Source of the DNA: the human T2T-CHM13v2.0 reference genome, Homo sapiens
Reading direction: 5' to 3' (one strand)
Assembly: GCF_009914755.1 (NCBI RefSeq)
Contig: NC_060945.1
Length of the DNA stretch: 64,000 nucleotides
Positions 16,801 to 33,100 of the stretch are shown piece after piece (the first letter of the stretch is position 1; each line of letters opens with the position of its first letter). The translations under genes and the position numbers were made by a program. Under the pieces are notes generated by a model that searched no databases, was not told the DNA's origin, and worked only from the letters and a program-made list of their open reading frames with translations.

Positions 16801-19800
16801 GTACCCAAGGTATATATTCTATACTGTACAAAAAATATCAAAGTACCCAAAGCATGTATTATACACTGTACATAAAATATGAAAGTACATCAAATATATA
16901 TTTTATTCTGTACATAAAATATCAAAGTATACCAGATATATATTCTATAGTGTACATAAAATAACAAAGTACACAAACTATAAATTATATACTGTACATA
17001 AAATATGCAATTACATCAAATATATTTTAGGTACATAAAATATGAAAGTACATCAAATATAGATTATATACTGTACATATAATATCAATGTACCCCAAAT
17101 ATATATTTTATACTCTACATGAAATATCAAAGTTCACAAACCATACATTATATACTGTACATAAAATATCAAAGTACCCAAGGTATGTATTCTATACTGT
17201 ACAAAAAATATCAAAGTACCCAAACCATGTATTATATACTGTACATAAAATATGAAAGTACATCAAATATATATTTTATTCTGTACATAAAATATCAAAG
17301 TACACCAGATATATATTCTATAGTGTACATAAAATATCAAAGTACCCAAACTTTACATTATACACTGTACATAAAATATGAAATTACATCAAATATATAT
17401 TAGGTACATTAAATATGAAAGTACATCAAATATAGATTATATACTGTACATAAAATATCAAAGTACCCCAAATATATATTATATACTCTACATGAAATGT
17501 CAAAGTTCACAAACTATATATTATATACTGTAAATAAAATATCAAAGTACCCAAGGTATATATTCTATACTGTACAAAAAATATCAAAGTACCCAAAGCA
17601 TGTATTATATACTGTACATAAAATATGAAAGTACATCAAATATATATTTTGTTCTGTACATAAAATATCAAAGTACACCAGATATATATTCTATAGTGTA
17701 CATAAAATAACAAAGTACACAAACTATAAATTATATACTGTACATAAAATATGAAATTACATCAAATATATACTAGGTACATAAAATATGAAAGTGCATC
17801 AAATATAGATTATATACTGTACATAAAATATCAATGTATCCCAAATATATATTTTATACTCTACATGAAATATCAAAGTTCACAAACCATATATTATATA
17901 CTGTACATAAAATATCAAAGTACCCAAGGTATATATTCTATACTATACAAAAAATATCAAAGTACCCAAAGCATGTATTATATACTGTACCTAAAATATG
18001 AAAGTACATCAAATATATATTTTATTCCGTACATAAAATATCAAAGTACACCAGATATATATTCTACAGTGTACATAAAATATCAAAGTACCCAAACTAT
18101 ACATTATATACTGTAAATAAAATATGAAATTACATCAAATATATATTATATTAGGTACATAAAATATGAAAGTACATCAAATATAGATTATATACTGTAC
18201 ATTAAATACCAAAGTACCCCAAATATATATTTTATACTGTACATGAAATATCAAAGTTCACAAACTATATATTATATACTGTACATAAATTATCAAAGTA
18301 CCCAAGGTATATATTCTATACTGTACAAAAAATATGAAAGTACCCAAAGCATGTATTATATACTGTACATAAAATATGAAAGTACATCAAATATATATTT
18401 TATTCTGTACATAATATATCAAAGTACACCAGATATATATTCTATAGTGTACATAAAATAACAAAGTACACAAACTATAAATTATATACTGTACATAAAA
18501 TATGAAATTACATCAAATATATATTAGGTACATAAAATATGAAAGTACATCAAATATAGATTATATACTGTACATAAAATATCAATGTACCCCAAATATA
18601 TATTTTATACTATACATGAAATATCAAAGTTCACAAACCATATATTGTATACTGTACATAAAATATCAAAGTACCCAAGGTATATGTTCTATACTATACA
18701 AAAAATATCAAAGTACCCAAAGCATGTATTATATACTGTACATAAAATATGAAAGTACATCAAATATATATTTTATTCCGTACATAAAATATCAAAGTAT
18801 AACAGATATATATTCTATAGTGTACATAAAATATCAAAGTACACAAACTATACATTATATACTGTACATAAAATATGAAATTACATCAAATATATATTAT
18901 ATAAGGTACATAAAATATGAAAGTACATCAAATATAGATTATATACTGTACATTAAATACCAAAGAACCCCAAATATATATTATATACTCTACATGAAAT
19001 ATCAAAGTCCACAAACTATATATTATATACTGTACATAAAATATCAAAGTACCCAAGGTATATATTCTATACTGTACAAAAAATATCAAAGTAACCAAAG
19101 CATGTATTATATACTGTATATAAAATATGAAAGTACATCAAATATATATTTTATTCTGTACATAAAATATCAAAGTACACCAGATATCTATTCTATAGTG
19201 TACATAAAATAACAAAGTACAAAAACTATAAATTATATACTGTACAAAAAATATGAAATTACATCAAATATATATTAGGTACATAAAATATGAAAGTACA
19301 TCAAATATAGATTATATACTGTACATAAAATATCAATGTACCCCAAATATATATTTTATACTCGACATGAAATATCAAAGTTCACAAACCATATAATATA
19401 TACTGTACATAAAATATCAAAGTACCCAAGGTATATATTCTATACTGTACAAAAAATATGAAAGTACCCAAAGCATGTATTATATACTGTACATAAAATA
19501 TGAAAGTACATCAAATATATATTTTATTCTGTACATAAAATATCAAAGTAAACCAGATATATATTCTATAGTGTACATAAAATATCAAAGTACCCAAACT
19601 ATACATTATATACTGTACATAAAATATGAAATTACATCAAATATATATTATATTAGGTACATAAAATATGAAAGTACATCAAATATAGATTATATACTGT
19701 ACATAAAATATCAATGTACCCCAAATATATATTTTATACTCTACATGAAATACCAAAGTTCACAAACCATATATTATATACTGTACATAAAATATCAAAG

Positions 19801-20261
19801 TACCCAAGGTATATATTCTATACTGTACAAAAAATATCAAAGTACCCAAAGCATGTATTATATACTGTACATAAAATATGAAAGTACATCAAATATATAT
19901 TTTATTCTGTACATAAAATATCAAAATACACCAGATATATATTCTATAGTGTACATAAAATATCAAAGTACCCAAACTTTACATTATATACTGTACATAA
20001 AATATGAAATTACATCAAATATATATTATATTAGGTACATAAAATATGAAAGTACATCAAATATAGATTATATACTGTACATTAAATACCAAAGTACCCC
20101 AAATATATATTTTATACTGTACATGAAATATCAAAGTTCACAAACTATATATTATATACTGTACATAAAATATCAAAGTACCCAAGGTATATATTCTATA
20201 CTGTACAAAAAATATCAAAGTACCCAAAGCATGTATTATATACTGTACCTAAAATATGAAA

Positions 20262-21190
20262 GTACATCAAATATATATTTTATTCTATACATAAAATATC
20301 AAAGTACACCAGATATATATTCTATAGTGTACATAAAATATCAAAGTACCCAAACTATACATTATATACTGTACATAAAATATGAAATTACATCAAATAT
20401 ATATTATATTAGGTACATAAAATATGAAAGTACATCAAATATAGATTATACACTGTACATAAAATATCAAAGTACCCAAAATATATATTATATACTCTAC
20501 ATGAAATATCAAAGTTCACAAACAGTATATTATATACTGTACATAAAATAAAGTCCCCAAGGTATATATTCTATACTGTAGAAAAAATATCAAAGTACCC
20601 AAAGCATGTATTATATACTGTATATAAAATATGAAAGTACATCAAATATATATTTTATTCTGTACATAATATATCAAAGTACACCAGATATATATTCTAT
20701 AGTGTACATAAAATAACAAAGTACAAAAACTATAAATTATATACTGTACATAAAATATGAAATTACATCAAATATATATTAGGTACATAAAATATGAAAG
20801 TACATCAAATATAGATTATATACTGTACATAAAATTTCAATGTACCCCAAATATATATTTTATACTCTACATGAAATACCAAAGTTCACAAACCATATAT
20901 TATATACTGTACATATAATATCAAAGTACCCAAGGTATATATTCTATACTATACAAAAAATATCAAAGTACCCAAAGCATGTATTATATACTGTACCTAA
21001 AATATGAAAGTACATCAAATATATATTTTATTCTGTACATAAAATATCAAAGTACACCAGATATATATTCTATAGTGTACACAAAATATCAAAGTACCCA
21101 AACTATACATTATATACAGTACATAAAATATGAAATTACATCAAATATATTTTATATTAGGTACATAAAATATGAAAGTACATCAAATAT
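20262..21190 (+). repeat. Copy of window positions 1 to about 930 (offset 20261)
   Basis: Shared rare variants in register: ATTCTATAC, 3-bp deletion AAAATAAAGTCCCC (about 290/20551), TGTAGAAA, AAATTTCAAT (571/20832), TGTACCTAA (731/20992), GTACACAAAAT. Confidence 0.85.
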
Positions 21191-24100
21191 AGATTATACA
21201 CTGTACATTAAATACCAAAGTACCCCAAATATATATTTTATACTGTACATGAAATATCAAACTTCACAAATTATATATTATATAGTGTACATATAATATC
21301 AAAGTACCCAAGGTATATATTCTATACTGTACAAAAAATAACAAAGTACCAAAAGCATCTATAATATACTGTACATAAAATATGAAAGTACATCAAATAT
21401 ATATTTTATTCTGTACATAAAATATCAAAGTACACCAGTTATATATTCTATAGTGTACATAAAATATCAAAGTACCCAAACTATACATTATATACTGTAA
21501 ATAAAATATGAAATTACATCAAATATATTTTATATTAGGTACATAAAATATGAAAGTACATCAAATATAGATTATATACTGTACATTAAATACCAAAGTA
21601 CCCCAAATATATATTATATACTGCACATGAAATATCAAAGTTCACAACCATATATTATATACTATACATAAAATATCAAAGTACCCAAGGTATATATTCT
21701 ATACTGTACAAAAAATATCAAAGTACCCAAAGCATGTATTATATACTGTACATAAAATATGAAATTACATCAAATATATATTATATTAGGTACATAAAAT
21801 ATGAAAGTACATCAAATATAGATTATATACTGTACATAAAATATCAAAGTACCCCAAATATATATTATATACTGTACATGAAATATCAAAGTTCACAACT
21901 ATATATTACATACTGTACTTAAAATATCAAAGTACCCAATTTATATATTCTATACTGTACAAAAAATATCAAAGTACCCAAAGCATGTATTATATACTGT
22001 ACATAAAATATGAAAGTACATCAAATATATATTTTATTCTGTACATAAAATATCAAAGTACAGAAGGTATATATTCTATAGTGTATATAAAATATCAAAG
22101 TACCCAAAATATACATTATATACTGTACATAAAATATGAAATTACATCAAATATGTATTATATTAGGTACATAAAATATGAAAGTACATGAAATATAGAT
22201 TATATACTGTACATAAAATATCAAAGTACCCCAAATTTATATTATATACTATACATGAAATATCAAAGTTCACAAACTATATATTATATACTGTACATAA
22301 AATATCAAAGTACCCAAGGTATATATTCTATAGTGTACAAAAAATATCAAATTACCCAAAGCATGTATTATATACTGTACATAAAATATAAAATTACATC
22401 AAATAAATATTTTATTCTGTACATAAAATATCAAAGTACACCAGATATATATACTATAGTGTACATAAAATATCAAAGTACCCAAACTATACATTATACA
22501 CTGTACATATAATATGAAATTACATCAAATATATATTAGGTACATAAAATATGAAAGTACATCAAATATAGATTATATACTGTACATATAATATCAATGT
22601 ACCCCAAATATATATTTTATACTCTACATGAAATATCAAAGTTTACAAACCATATATTATATACTGTACATAAAATATCAAAGTACCCAAGGTATATATT
22701 CTATACTATACAAAACATATCAAAGTACCCAAAGCATTTATTATATACTGTACATAAAATATGAAACTACATCAAATATATATTTTATTCTGTACATAAA
22801 ATATCAAAGTACACCAGATATATATTCTATAGTGTACATAAAATATCAAAGTACCCAAACTATACATTATATACTGTACATAAAATATGAAATTACATCA
22901 AATATATTTTATATTAGGTACATAAAATATGAAAGTACATCAAATATAGATTATATACTGTACATTAAATACCAAAGTACCCCAAATATATATTTTATAC
23001 TGTACATGAAATATCAAAGTTCACACACTATATATTATATACTGTACATAAAATATCAAAGTACCCAAGGTATATATTCTATACTGTACAAAAAATATCA
23101 AAGTACCCAAAGCATGTATTATATACTGTACATAAAATATGAAAGTACATCAAATATATATTTTATTCTGTACATAAAATATGAAAGTACACCAGATATA
23201 TATTCTATAGTGTACACAAAATAACAAAGTACACAAACTATAAATTATATACTGTACATAAAATATGAAATTACATCAAATATATATTAGGTACATAAAA
23301 TATGAAAGTACATCACATATAGATTATATACTGAACACATAATATCAATGTACCCCAAATATATATTTTATACTCTACATGAAATATCAAAGTTCAGAAA
23401 CCATACATTATATACTGTACATAAAATATCAAAGTACCCAAGGTATATATTCTATACTGTACAAAAAATATCAAAGTACCCAAGGCATGTATTATATACT
23501 GTACATAAAATATGAAAGTACATCAAATATATATTTTATTCTGTACATAAAATATCAAAGTACACCAGATATATATTCTATAGTGTACATAAAATATCAA
23601 AGTACCCAAACTATACATTATATACTGTACATAAAATATGAAATTACATCAAATATATATTAGGTACATAAAATATGAAAGTACATCAAATATAGATTAT
23701 ATACTGTACATAAAATATCAAAGTACCCCAAATATATATTATATACTCTACATGAAATATCAAAGTTCACAAACTATATATTATATACTGTACATAAAAT
23801 ATCAAAGTACCCAAGGTATATATTCTATACTGTGCGAAAAATATCAAAGTACCCAAAGCATGTATTATATACTGTATATAAAATATGAAAATACATCAAA
23901 TATATATTTTATTCTGTACATAAAATATCAAAGTACACCAGATATATATTCTATAGTGTACATAAAATAACAAAGTACACAAACTATAAATTATATACTG
24001 TACATAAAATATGAAATTACATCAAATATATATTAGGTACATAAAATATGAAAGTACATCAAATATAGATTATATACTGTACATATAATATCAATGTACC

Positions 24101-27100
24101 CCAAAAATATATTTTATACTCTACATGAAATATCAAAGTTCACAAACCATACATTATATACTGTACATAAAATATCAAAGTACCCAAGGTATATATTCTA
24201 TACTGTACAAAAAATATCAAAGTACCCAAAGCATGTATTATATACTGTACATAAAATATGAAAGTACATCAAATATATATTTTATTCTGTACATAAAATA
24301 TCAAAGTACACCAGATATATATTCTATAGTGTACATAAAGTAACAAAGTACACAAACTATACATTATATACTGTACATAAAATATGAAATTACATCAAAT
24401 ATATATTAGGTACATAAAATATGAAAGTACATCAAATATAGATTATATACTGTACATAAAATATCAATGTACCCCAAATATATATTTTATACTCTACATG
24501 AAATATGAAAGTTCACAAACCATATATTATATACTGTACATAAAATATCAAAGTACCCAATGTATATATTCTATACTATACAAAAAATATCAAAGTACCC
24601 AAAGCATGTATTATATACTGTACATAAAATATGAAAGTACATCAAATATATATCTTATTCTGTACATAAAATATCAAAGTACCCAAACTATACATTATAT
24701 ACTGTACATAAAATATGAAATTACATCAAATATATATTAGGTACATAAAATATGAAAGTACATCAAATATAGATTATATACTGTACATAAAATATCAAAG
24801 TACCCCAAATATATATTATATACTCTACATGAAATATCAAAGTTCACAAACTATATATTATATACTGTACATATAATATGAAAGTACCCAAGGTATATAT
24901 TCTATACTGTACAAAAAATATCAAAGTACCAAAAGCATGTATTATATACTGTATATAAAATATGAAAGTACATTAAATATATATTTTATTCTGTACATAA
25001 AATATCAAAGTACACCAGATATATATTCTATAGTGTACATAAAATAACAAAGTACACAAACTATAAATTATATACTGTACATAAAATATGAAATTACATC
25101 AAATATATATTAGATACATAAAATATGAAAGTACATCAAATATAGATTATATACTGTACATATAATATCAATGTACCCCAAATATATATTTTATACTCTA
25201 CATGAAATATCAAAGTTCACAAACGATACATTATATACTGTACATAAAATATCAAAGTACCCAAGGTATATATTCTATAGTGTACAAAAAATATCAAAGT
25301 ACCCAAAGCATGTATTATATACTGTACATAAAATATGAAAGTACATCAAATATATATTTTATTCTGTACATAAAATATCAAAGTACACCAGATATATATT
25401 CTATAGTGTACATAAAATATCAAAGTACCCAAACTATACATTATATACTGTACATAAAATATGAAATTACATCAAATATATATTATATTAGGTACATAAA
25501 ATATGAAAGTACATCAAATATAGATTATATACTGTACATAAAATATCAAAGTACCCCAAATATATATTATATACTGTACATGAAATATCAAAGTTCACAA
25601 CTATATATTATATACTGTACATAAAATATCAAAGTCCCCAAGGTATATATTCTATACTGTACAAAAAATATCAAAGTACCCAAAGCATGTATTATATACT
25701 GTACATAAAATATGAAATTACATCAAATATATATTATATTGGGTACATAAAATATGAAAGTACATCAAATATAGATTATATACTGTACATAAAATATCAA
25801 AGTACCCCAAATATATATTATATACTGTATATGAAATATCAAAGTTCACAACTATATATTACATACTGTACATAAAATATCAAAGTACCCAATTTATATA
25901 TTCTATACTGTACAAAAAATATCAAAGTACGAAAGCATGTATTATATACTGTACATAAAATATGAAACTACATCAAATATATATTTTATTCTGTACATAA
26001 AATATCAAAGTACAGAAGATATATATTCTATAGTGTATATAAAATATCAAAGTACCCAAACTATACATTATATACTGTACATAAAATATGAAATTACATC
26101 AAATATGTATTATATTAGGTACATAAAATATGAAAGTACATGAAATATAGATTATATACTGTACATAAAATATCAAAGTACCCCAAATTTATATTATATA
26201 CTATAGATGAAATATCAAAGTTCACAAACTATATATTATATACTGTACATAAAATATCAAAGTACCCAAGGTATATATTCTATAGTGTCCAAAAAATATC
26301 AAAGTACCCAAAGCATGTATTATATACTGTACATAAAATATAAAATTACATCAAATATATATTTTATTCTGTACATAAAATATCAAAGTACACCAGATAT
26401 ATATACTATAGTGTACATAAAATATCAAAGTACCCAAACTATACATTATACACTGTACATATAATATGAAATTACATCAAATATATATTAGGTACATAAA
26501 ATATGAAAGTACATCAAATATAGATTATATACTGTACATATAATATCAATGTACCCCAAATATATATTTTATACTCTACATGAAATATCAAAGTTCACAA
26601 ACCATATATTATATAATGTACATAAAATATCAAAGTACCCAAGGTATATATTCTATACTGTACAAAACATATCAAAGTACCCAAACCATTTATTATATAC
26701 TGTACATAAAATATGAAACTACATCAAATATATATTTTATTCTGTACATAAAATATCAAAGTACACCAGATATATATTCTATAGTGTACATAAAATATCA
26801 AAGTACCCAAACTATACATTATATACTGTACATAAAATATGAAATTACATCAAATATATTTTATATTAGGTACATAAAATATGAAAGTACATCAAATATA
26901 GATTATATACTGTACATTAAATACCAAAGTACCCCAAATATATATTTCATACTGTACATGAAATATCAAAGTTCACACACGATATATTATATACTGTACA
27001 TAAAATATCAAAGTACCCAAGGTATATATTCTATACTGTACAAAAAATATCAAAGTACCCAAAGCATGTATTATATACTGTACATAAAATATGAAAGTAC

Positions 27101-30100
27101 ATCAAATATATATTTTATTCTGTACATAAAATATCAAAGTACACCAGATATATATTCTATAGTGTACCTAAAATAACAAAGTACACAAACTATACATTAT
27201 ATACTGTACATAAAATATGAAATTACATCAAATATATATTATATTAGGTACATAAAATATGAAAGTACATCAAATATAGATTATACACTGTACATAAAAT
27301 ATCAATGTACCCCAAATATATATTTTATACTCTACATGAAATACCAAAGTTCACAAACCATACATTATATACTGTACATAAAATATCAAAGTACCCAAGG
27401 TATATATTCTATACTGTACAAAAAATATCAAAGTACCCAAAGCATGTATTATATACTGTACATAAAATATGAAAGTACATCAAATATATATTTTATTCTG
27501 TACATAAAATATCAAAGTACACCAGATATATATTCTATAGTGTACATAAAATATCAAAGTACCCAAACTATACATTATATACTGTACATAAAATATGAAA
27601 TTACATCAAATATATATTATATTAGGTACATAAAATATGAAAGTACATCAAATATAGATTATATACTGTACATAAAATATCAAAGTACCCCAAATATATA
27701 TTATATACTCTACATGAAATATCAAAGTTCACAAACTATATATTATATACTGTACATAAAATATCAAAATACCCAAGGTATATATTCTATAATGTACAAA
27801 AAATATCAAAGTACCCAAAGCGTGTATTATATACTGTATATAAAATATGAAATTACATCAAATATATATTTTATTCTGTACATAAAATATCAAAGTACAC
27901 TAGATATATATTCTATAGTGTACATAAAATATCAAAGTACCCAAACTATACATTATATACTGTACATAAAATATGAAATTACATCAAATATATATTATAT
28001 TAGGTACATAAAATATGAAAGTACATCAAATATAGATTATATACTGTACATTAAATACCAAAGTACCCCAAATATATATTTTATACTGTACATGAAATAT
28101 CAAAGTTCACAAACTATATATTATATACTGTACATAAAATATCAAAGTACCCAAGGTATATATTCTATACTGTACAAAAAATATCAAAGTACCCAAAGCA
28201 TGTATTATATACTGTACCTAAAATATGAAAGTACATCAAATATATATTTTATTCTGTACATAAAATATCAAAGTACACCAGATATATATTCTATAGTGTA
28301 CATAAAATATCAAAGTACCCAAACTATACATTATATACTGTACATAAAATATGAAATTACATCAAATATATTTTATATTAGGTACATAAAATATGAAAGT
28401 ACATCAAATATAGATTATATACTGTACATTAAATACCAAAGTACCCCAAATATATATTTTATGCTGTACATGAAATATCAAAGTTCACAAACTATATATT
28501 ATATACTGTACATAAAATATCAAAGTACCCAAGGTATATATTCTATACTGTACAAAAAATATCAAAGTACCCAAAGCTTGTATTATATACTGTACATAAA
28601 ATATGAAAGTACACCAAATATATATTTTATTTTTTACATAAAATACCAAAGTACACCAGATATATATTCTATAGTGTACATAAAATAACAAAGTACACAA
28701 ACTATAAATTATATACTGTACATAAAATATGAAATTACATCAAATATATATTAGGTACATAAAATATGAAAGTACATCAAATATAGATTATATACTGTAC
28801 ATAAAATATCAATGTACCGCAAATATATATTTTATACTCTACATGAAATATCAAAGTTCACAAACCATATATTATATACTGTACATAAAATATCAAAGTA
28901 CCCAAGGTATATATTCTATACTGTACAAAAAATATCAAAGTACCCAAAGCATGTATTATATACTGTACATAAAATATGAAAGTACACCAAATATATATTT
29001 TATTCTGTACATAAAATATCAAAGTACACCAGATATATATTCTATAGTGTACATAAAATATCAAAGTACCCAAACTATACATTATATACTGTACATAAAA
29101 TATGAAATTACATCAAATATATATTAGGTACATAAAATATGAAAGTACATCAAATATAGATTATATACTGTACATAAAATATCAATGTACAACTAATATA
29201 TATTTTATACTCTACATGAAATATCAAAGTTCACAAACTATATATTATATAATGTTCATAAAATATCAAAGTACCCAAGGTATATATTCTATACTGTACA
29301 AAAAATATCAAAGTACCCAAAGCATGTATTATATACTGTACATAAAACATGAAAGTACATCAAATATATATTTTATTCTGTACATAAAATATCAAAGTAC
29401 ACCAGATATATTTTCTATAGTGTACATAAAATATCAAAGTACCCAAACTATACATTATATACTGTACATAAAATATGAAATTACATCAAATATATATTAT
29501 ATTAGGTACATAAAATATGAAAGCACATGAAATATAGATTATATACTGTACATTAAATACCAAAGTACCCCAAATATATATTTTATACTGTACATGAAAT
29601 ATCAAAGTTCCCAAACTATATATTATATACTGTACATAAAATATCAAATACCCAAGGTATATATTCTATACTGTACAAAAAATATCAAAGTACCCAAAAC
29701 ATGTATTATAAACTGTACATAAAATATGAAAGTACATCAAATATATATTTTATTCTGTACATGAAATATCAAAGTACACCACATATATATTCTATAGTGT
29801 ACATAAAATATCAAAGTACCCAAACTATACATTATATACTCTACATAAAATATGAAATTACATCCAATATATATTATATTAGGTACATAAAATATGAAAG
29901 TACATCAAATATAGATTATATACTGTACATTAAATACCCAAGTACCCCAAATATATATTTTGTACTGTACATGAAATATCAAAGTTCACAAACTATGTAT
30001 TATATACTGTACATAAAATATCAAAGTACCCAAGGTATATATTCTATACTGTACAAAAAATATCAAAGTACCCAAAGCATGTATTATAAACTGTACATAA

Positions 30101-33100
30101 AATATGAAAGTACATCAACTATATATTTTATTCTGTACATAAAATATCAAAGTACACCACATATATATTCTATAGTGTACATAAAATAACAAAGTGCACA
30201 AACTATAAATTATATACTGTACATAAAATATGAGATTACATCAAATATATATTATATTAGGTACATAAAATATGAAAGTACATCAAATATAGATTATATA
30301 CTGTACATAAAATATCAAAGTACCCCAAATATATATTATATACTCTACATGAAATATCAAAGTTCACAAACTATGTATTATATACTGTACATAAAATATC
30401 AAAGTACACAAGGTATATATTCTATACTGTACAAAAAATATCAAAGTACCCAAAGCATGTATTACATACTGTATACAAAATATGAAAATACATTAAATAT
30501 ATATTTTATTCTGTACATAAAATATCAAAGTACACCAGATATGTATTCTATAGTGTACATAAAATAACAAAGTACACAAACTATAAATTATATACTGTAC
30601 ATAAAATATGAAATTACATCAAATATATATTAGGTACATAAAATATGAAAGTACATCAAATATAGATTATATACTGTACATATAATATCAATGTACCCCA
30701 AATATATATTTTATACTCTACATGAAATATCAAAGTTCACAAACCATACATTATATACTGTACATAAAATATCAAAGTACCCAAGGTATATATTCTATAC
30801 TGTACCAAAAATATCAAAGTACCCAAAGCATGTATTATATACTGTACATAAAATATGAAAGTACATCAAATATATATTTTATTCTGTACATAAAATATCA
30901 AAGTACACCAGATATATATTCTGTAGTGTACATAAAATATCAAAGTACCCAAACTATACAGTATATACTGTACATAAAATATGAAATTACATCAAATATA
31001 TATTAGGTACATAAAACATGAAAGTATATCAAATATAGATTATATACTGTACATATAATATCAATGAACCCCAAATATATATTTTATACTCTACATGAAA
31101 TATCAAAATTCACAAACCATATATTATATACTGTACATAAAATATCAAAGTACCCAAGGTATATATTCTATACTGTACAAAAAATATCAAAGTACCCAAA
31201 GCATGTATTATATACTGTACATAAAATATGAAAGTACATCAAATATATATTTTATTCTGTACATAAAATATCAAAGTACACCAGATATATATTCTATAGT
31301 GTACATAAAATATCAAAGTACCCAAACTATACATTATATACTGTACATAAAATATGAAATTACATCAAATATATATTATATTAGGTACATAAAATATGAA
31401 AGCACATCAAATATAGATTATATACTGTACATTAAATACCAAAGTACCCCAAATATATATTTTATACTGTACATCAAATATCAAAGTTCACAAACTATAT
31501 ATTATATACTGTACATAAAATATCAAAGTACCCAACGTATATATTCTATACTGCACAAAAAATATCAAAGTACCCAAAGCATGTATTATATACTGTACAT
31601 AAAATATGAAAGTACATCAAATATATATTTTATTCTGTACATAAAACATCAAAGTACACCAGATATATATTCTATAGCGTACATAAAATATCAAAGTACC
31701 CAAACTATACATTATACACTGTACATAAAATATGAAATTACATCAAATATATATTATATTAGGTACATAAAATATGAAAGTACATCAAATATAGATTATA
31801 TACTGTACATAAAATATCAAAGTACCCCAAAGATATATTATATACTCTACATGAAATATCAAAGTTCACAAACTATATATTATATACTGTACATAAAATA
31901 TCAAAGTACCCAAGGTATATATTCTATACTGTACAAAAAATATCAAAGTACCCAAAGCATGTATTATATACTGTATATAAAATATGAAAGTACATCAAAT
32001 ATATATTTTATTCTGTACATAAAATATCAAAGTACACCAGATATATATTCTATAGTGTACATAAAATAACAAAGTACACAAACTATAAATTATATACTGT
32101 ACATAAAATATGAAATTACATCAAATATATATTAGGTACATAAAATATGAAAGTACATCAAATATAGATTATATACTGTACATATAATATCAATGTACCC
32201 CAAATATATATTTTATACTCTACATGAAATATCAAAGTTCACAAACCATATATTATATACTGTACATAAAATATCAAAGTACCCAAGGTATATATTCTAT
32301 ACTATACAAAAAATATCAAAGTACCCAAAGCATGTATTATATACTGTACATAAAATATGAAAGTACATCAAATATATATTTTATTCTGTACACAAAATAT
32401 CAAAGTACACCAGATATATATTCTATAGTGTACATAAAATATCAAAGTACCCAAACTATACATTATACACTGTACATAAAATATGAGATTACATCAAATA
32501 TATATTATATTAGGTACATAAAATATGAAAGTACATCAAATATAGATTATATACTGTACATAAAATATCAAAGTACCCCAAATATATATTATATACTCTA
32601 CATGAAATATCAAAGTTCACAAACTATATATTATATACTGTACTTAAAATATCAAAGTACCCAAGGTATATATTCTATACTGCACAAAAAATATCTAAGT
32701 ACCCAAAGCATGTATTATATACTGTATATAAAATATGAAAGTACATCAAATATATATTTTATTCTGTACATAAAATATCAAAGTACACCAGATATATATT
32801 CTATAGTGTACATATAATAACAAAGTACACAAACTATAAATTATATACTGTACATAAAATATGAAATTACATCAAATATATATTAGGTACATAAAATATG
32901 AAAGTACATCAAATATAGATTATGTACTGTACATAAAATATCAATGTACCCCAAATATATATTTTATACTCTACATGAAATATCAAAGTTCACAAACCAT
33001 ATATTATATACTGTACATAAAATATCAAAGTAACCAAGGCATATATTCTATACAGTACAAAAAATATCAAAGTACCCAAAGCATGTATTATATACTGTAC

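Noticed and set aside
28485-29082. Minus-strand ORFs (also 52681-53278)
   Set aside because: They arise from a single variant (ACATCA to ACACCA) that removes a minus-strand TGA, and they are duplicated along with their block.
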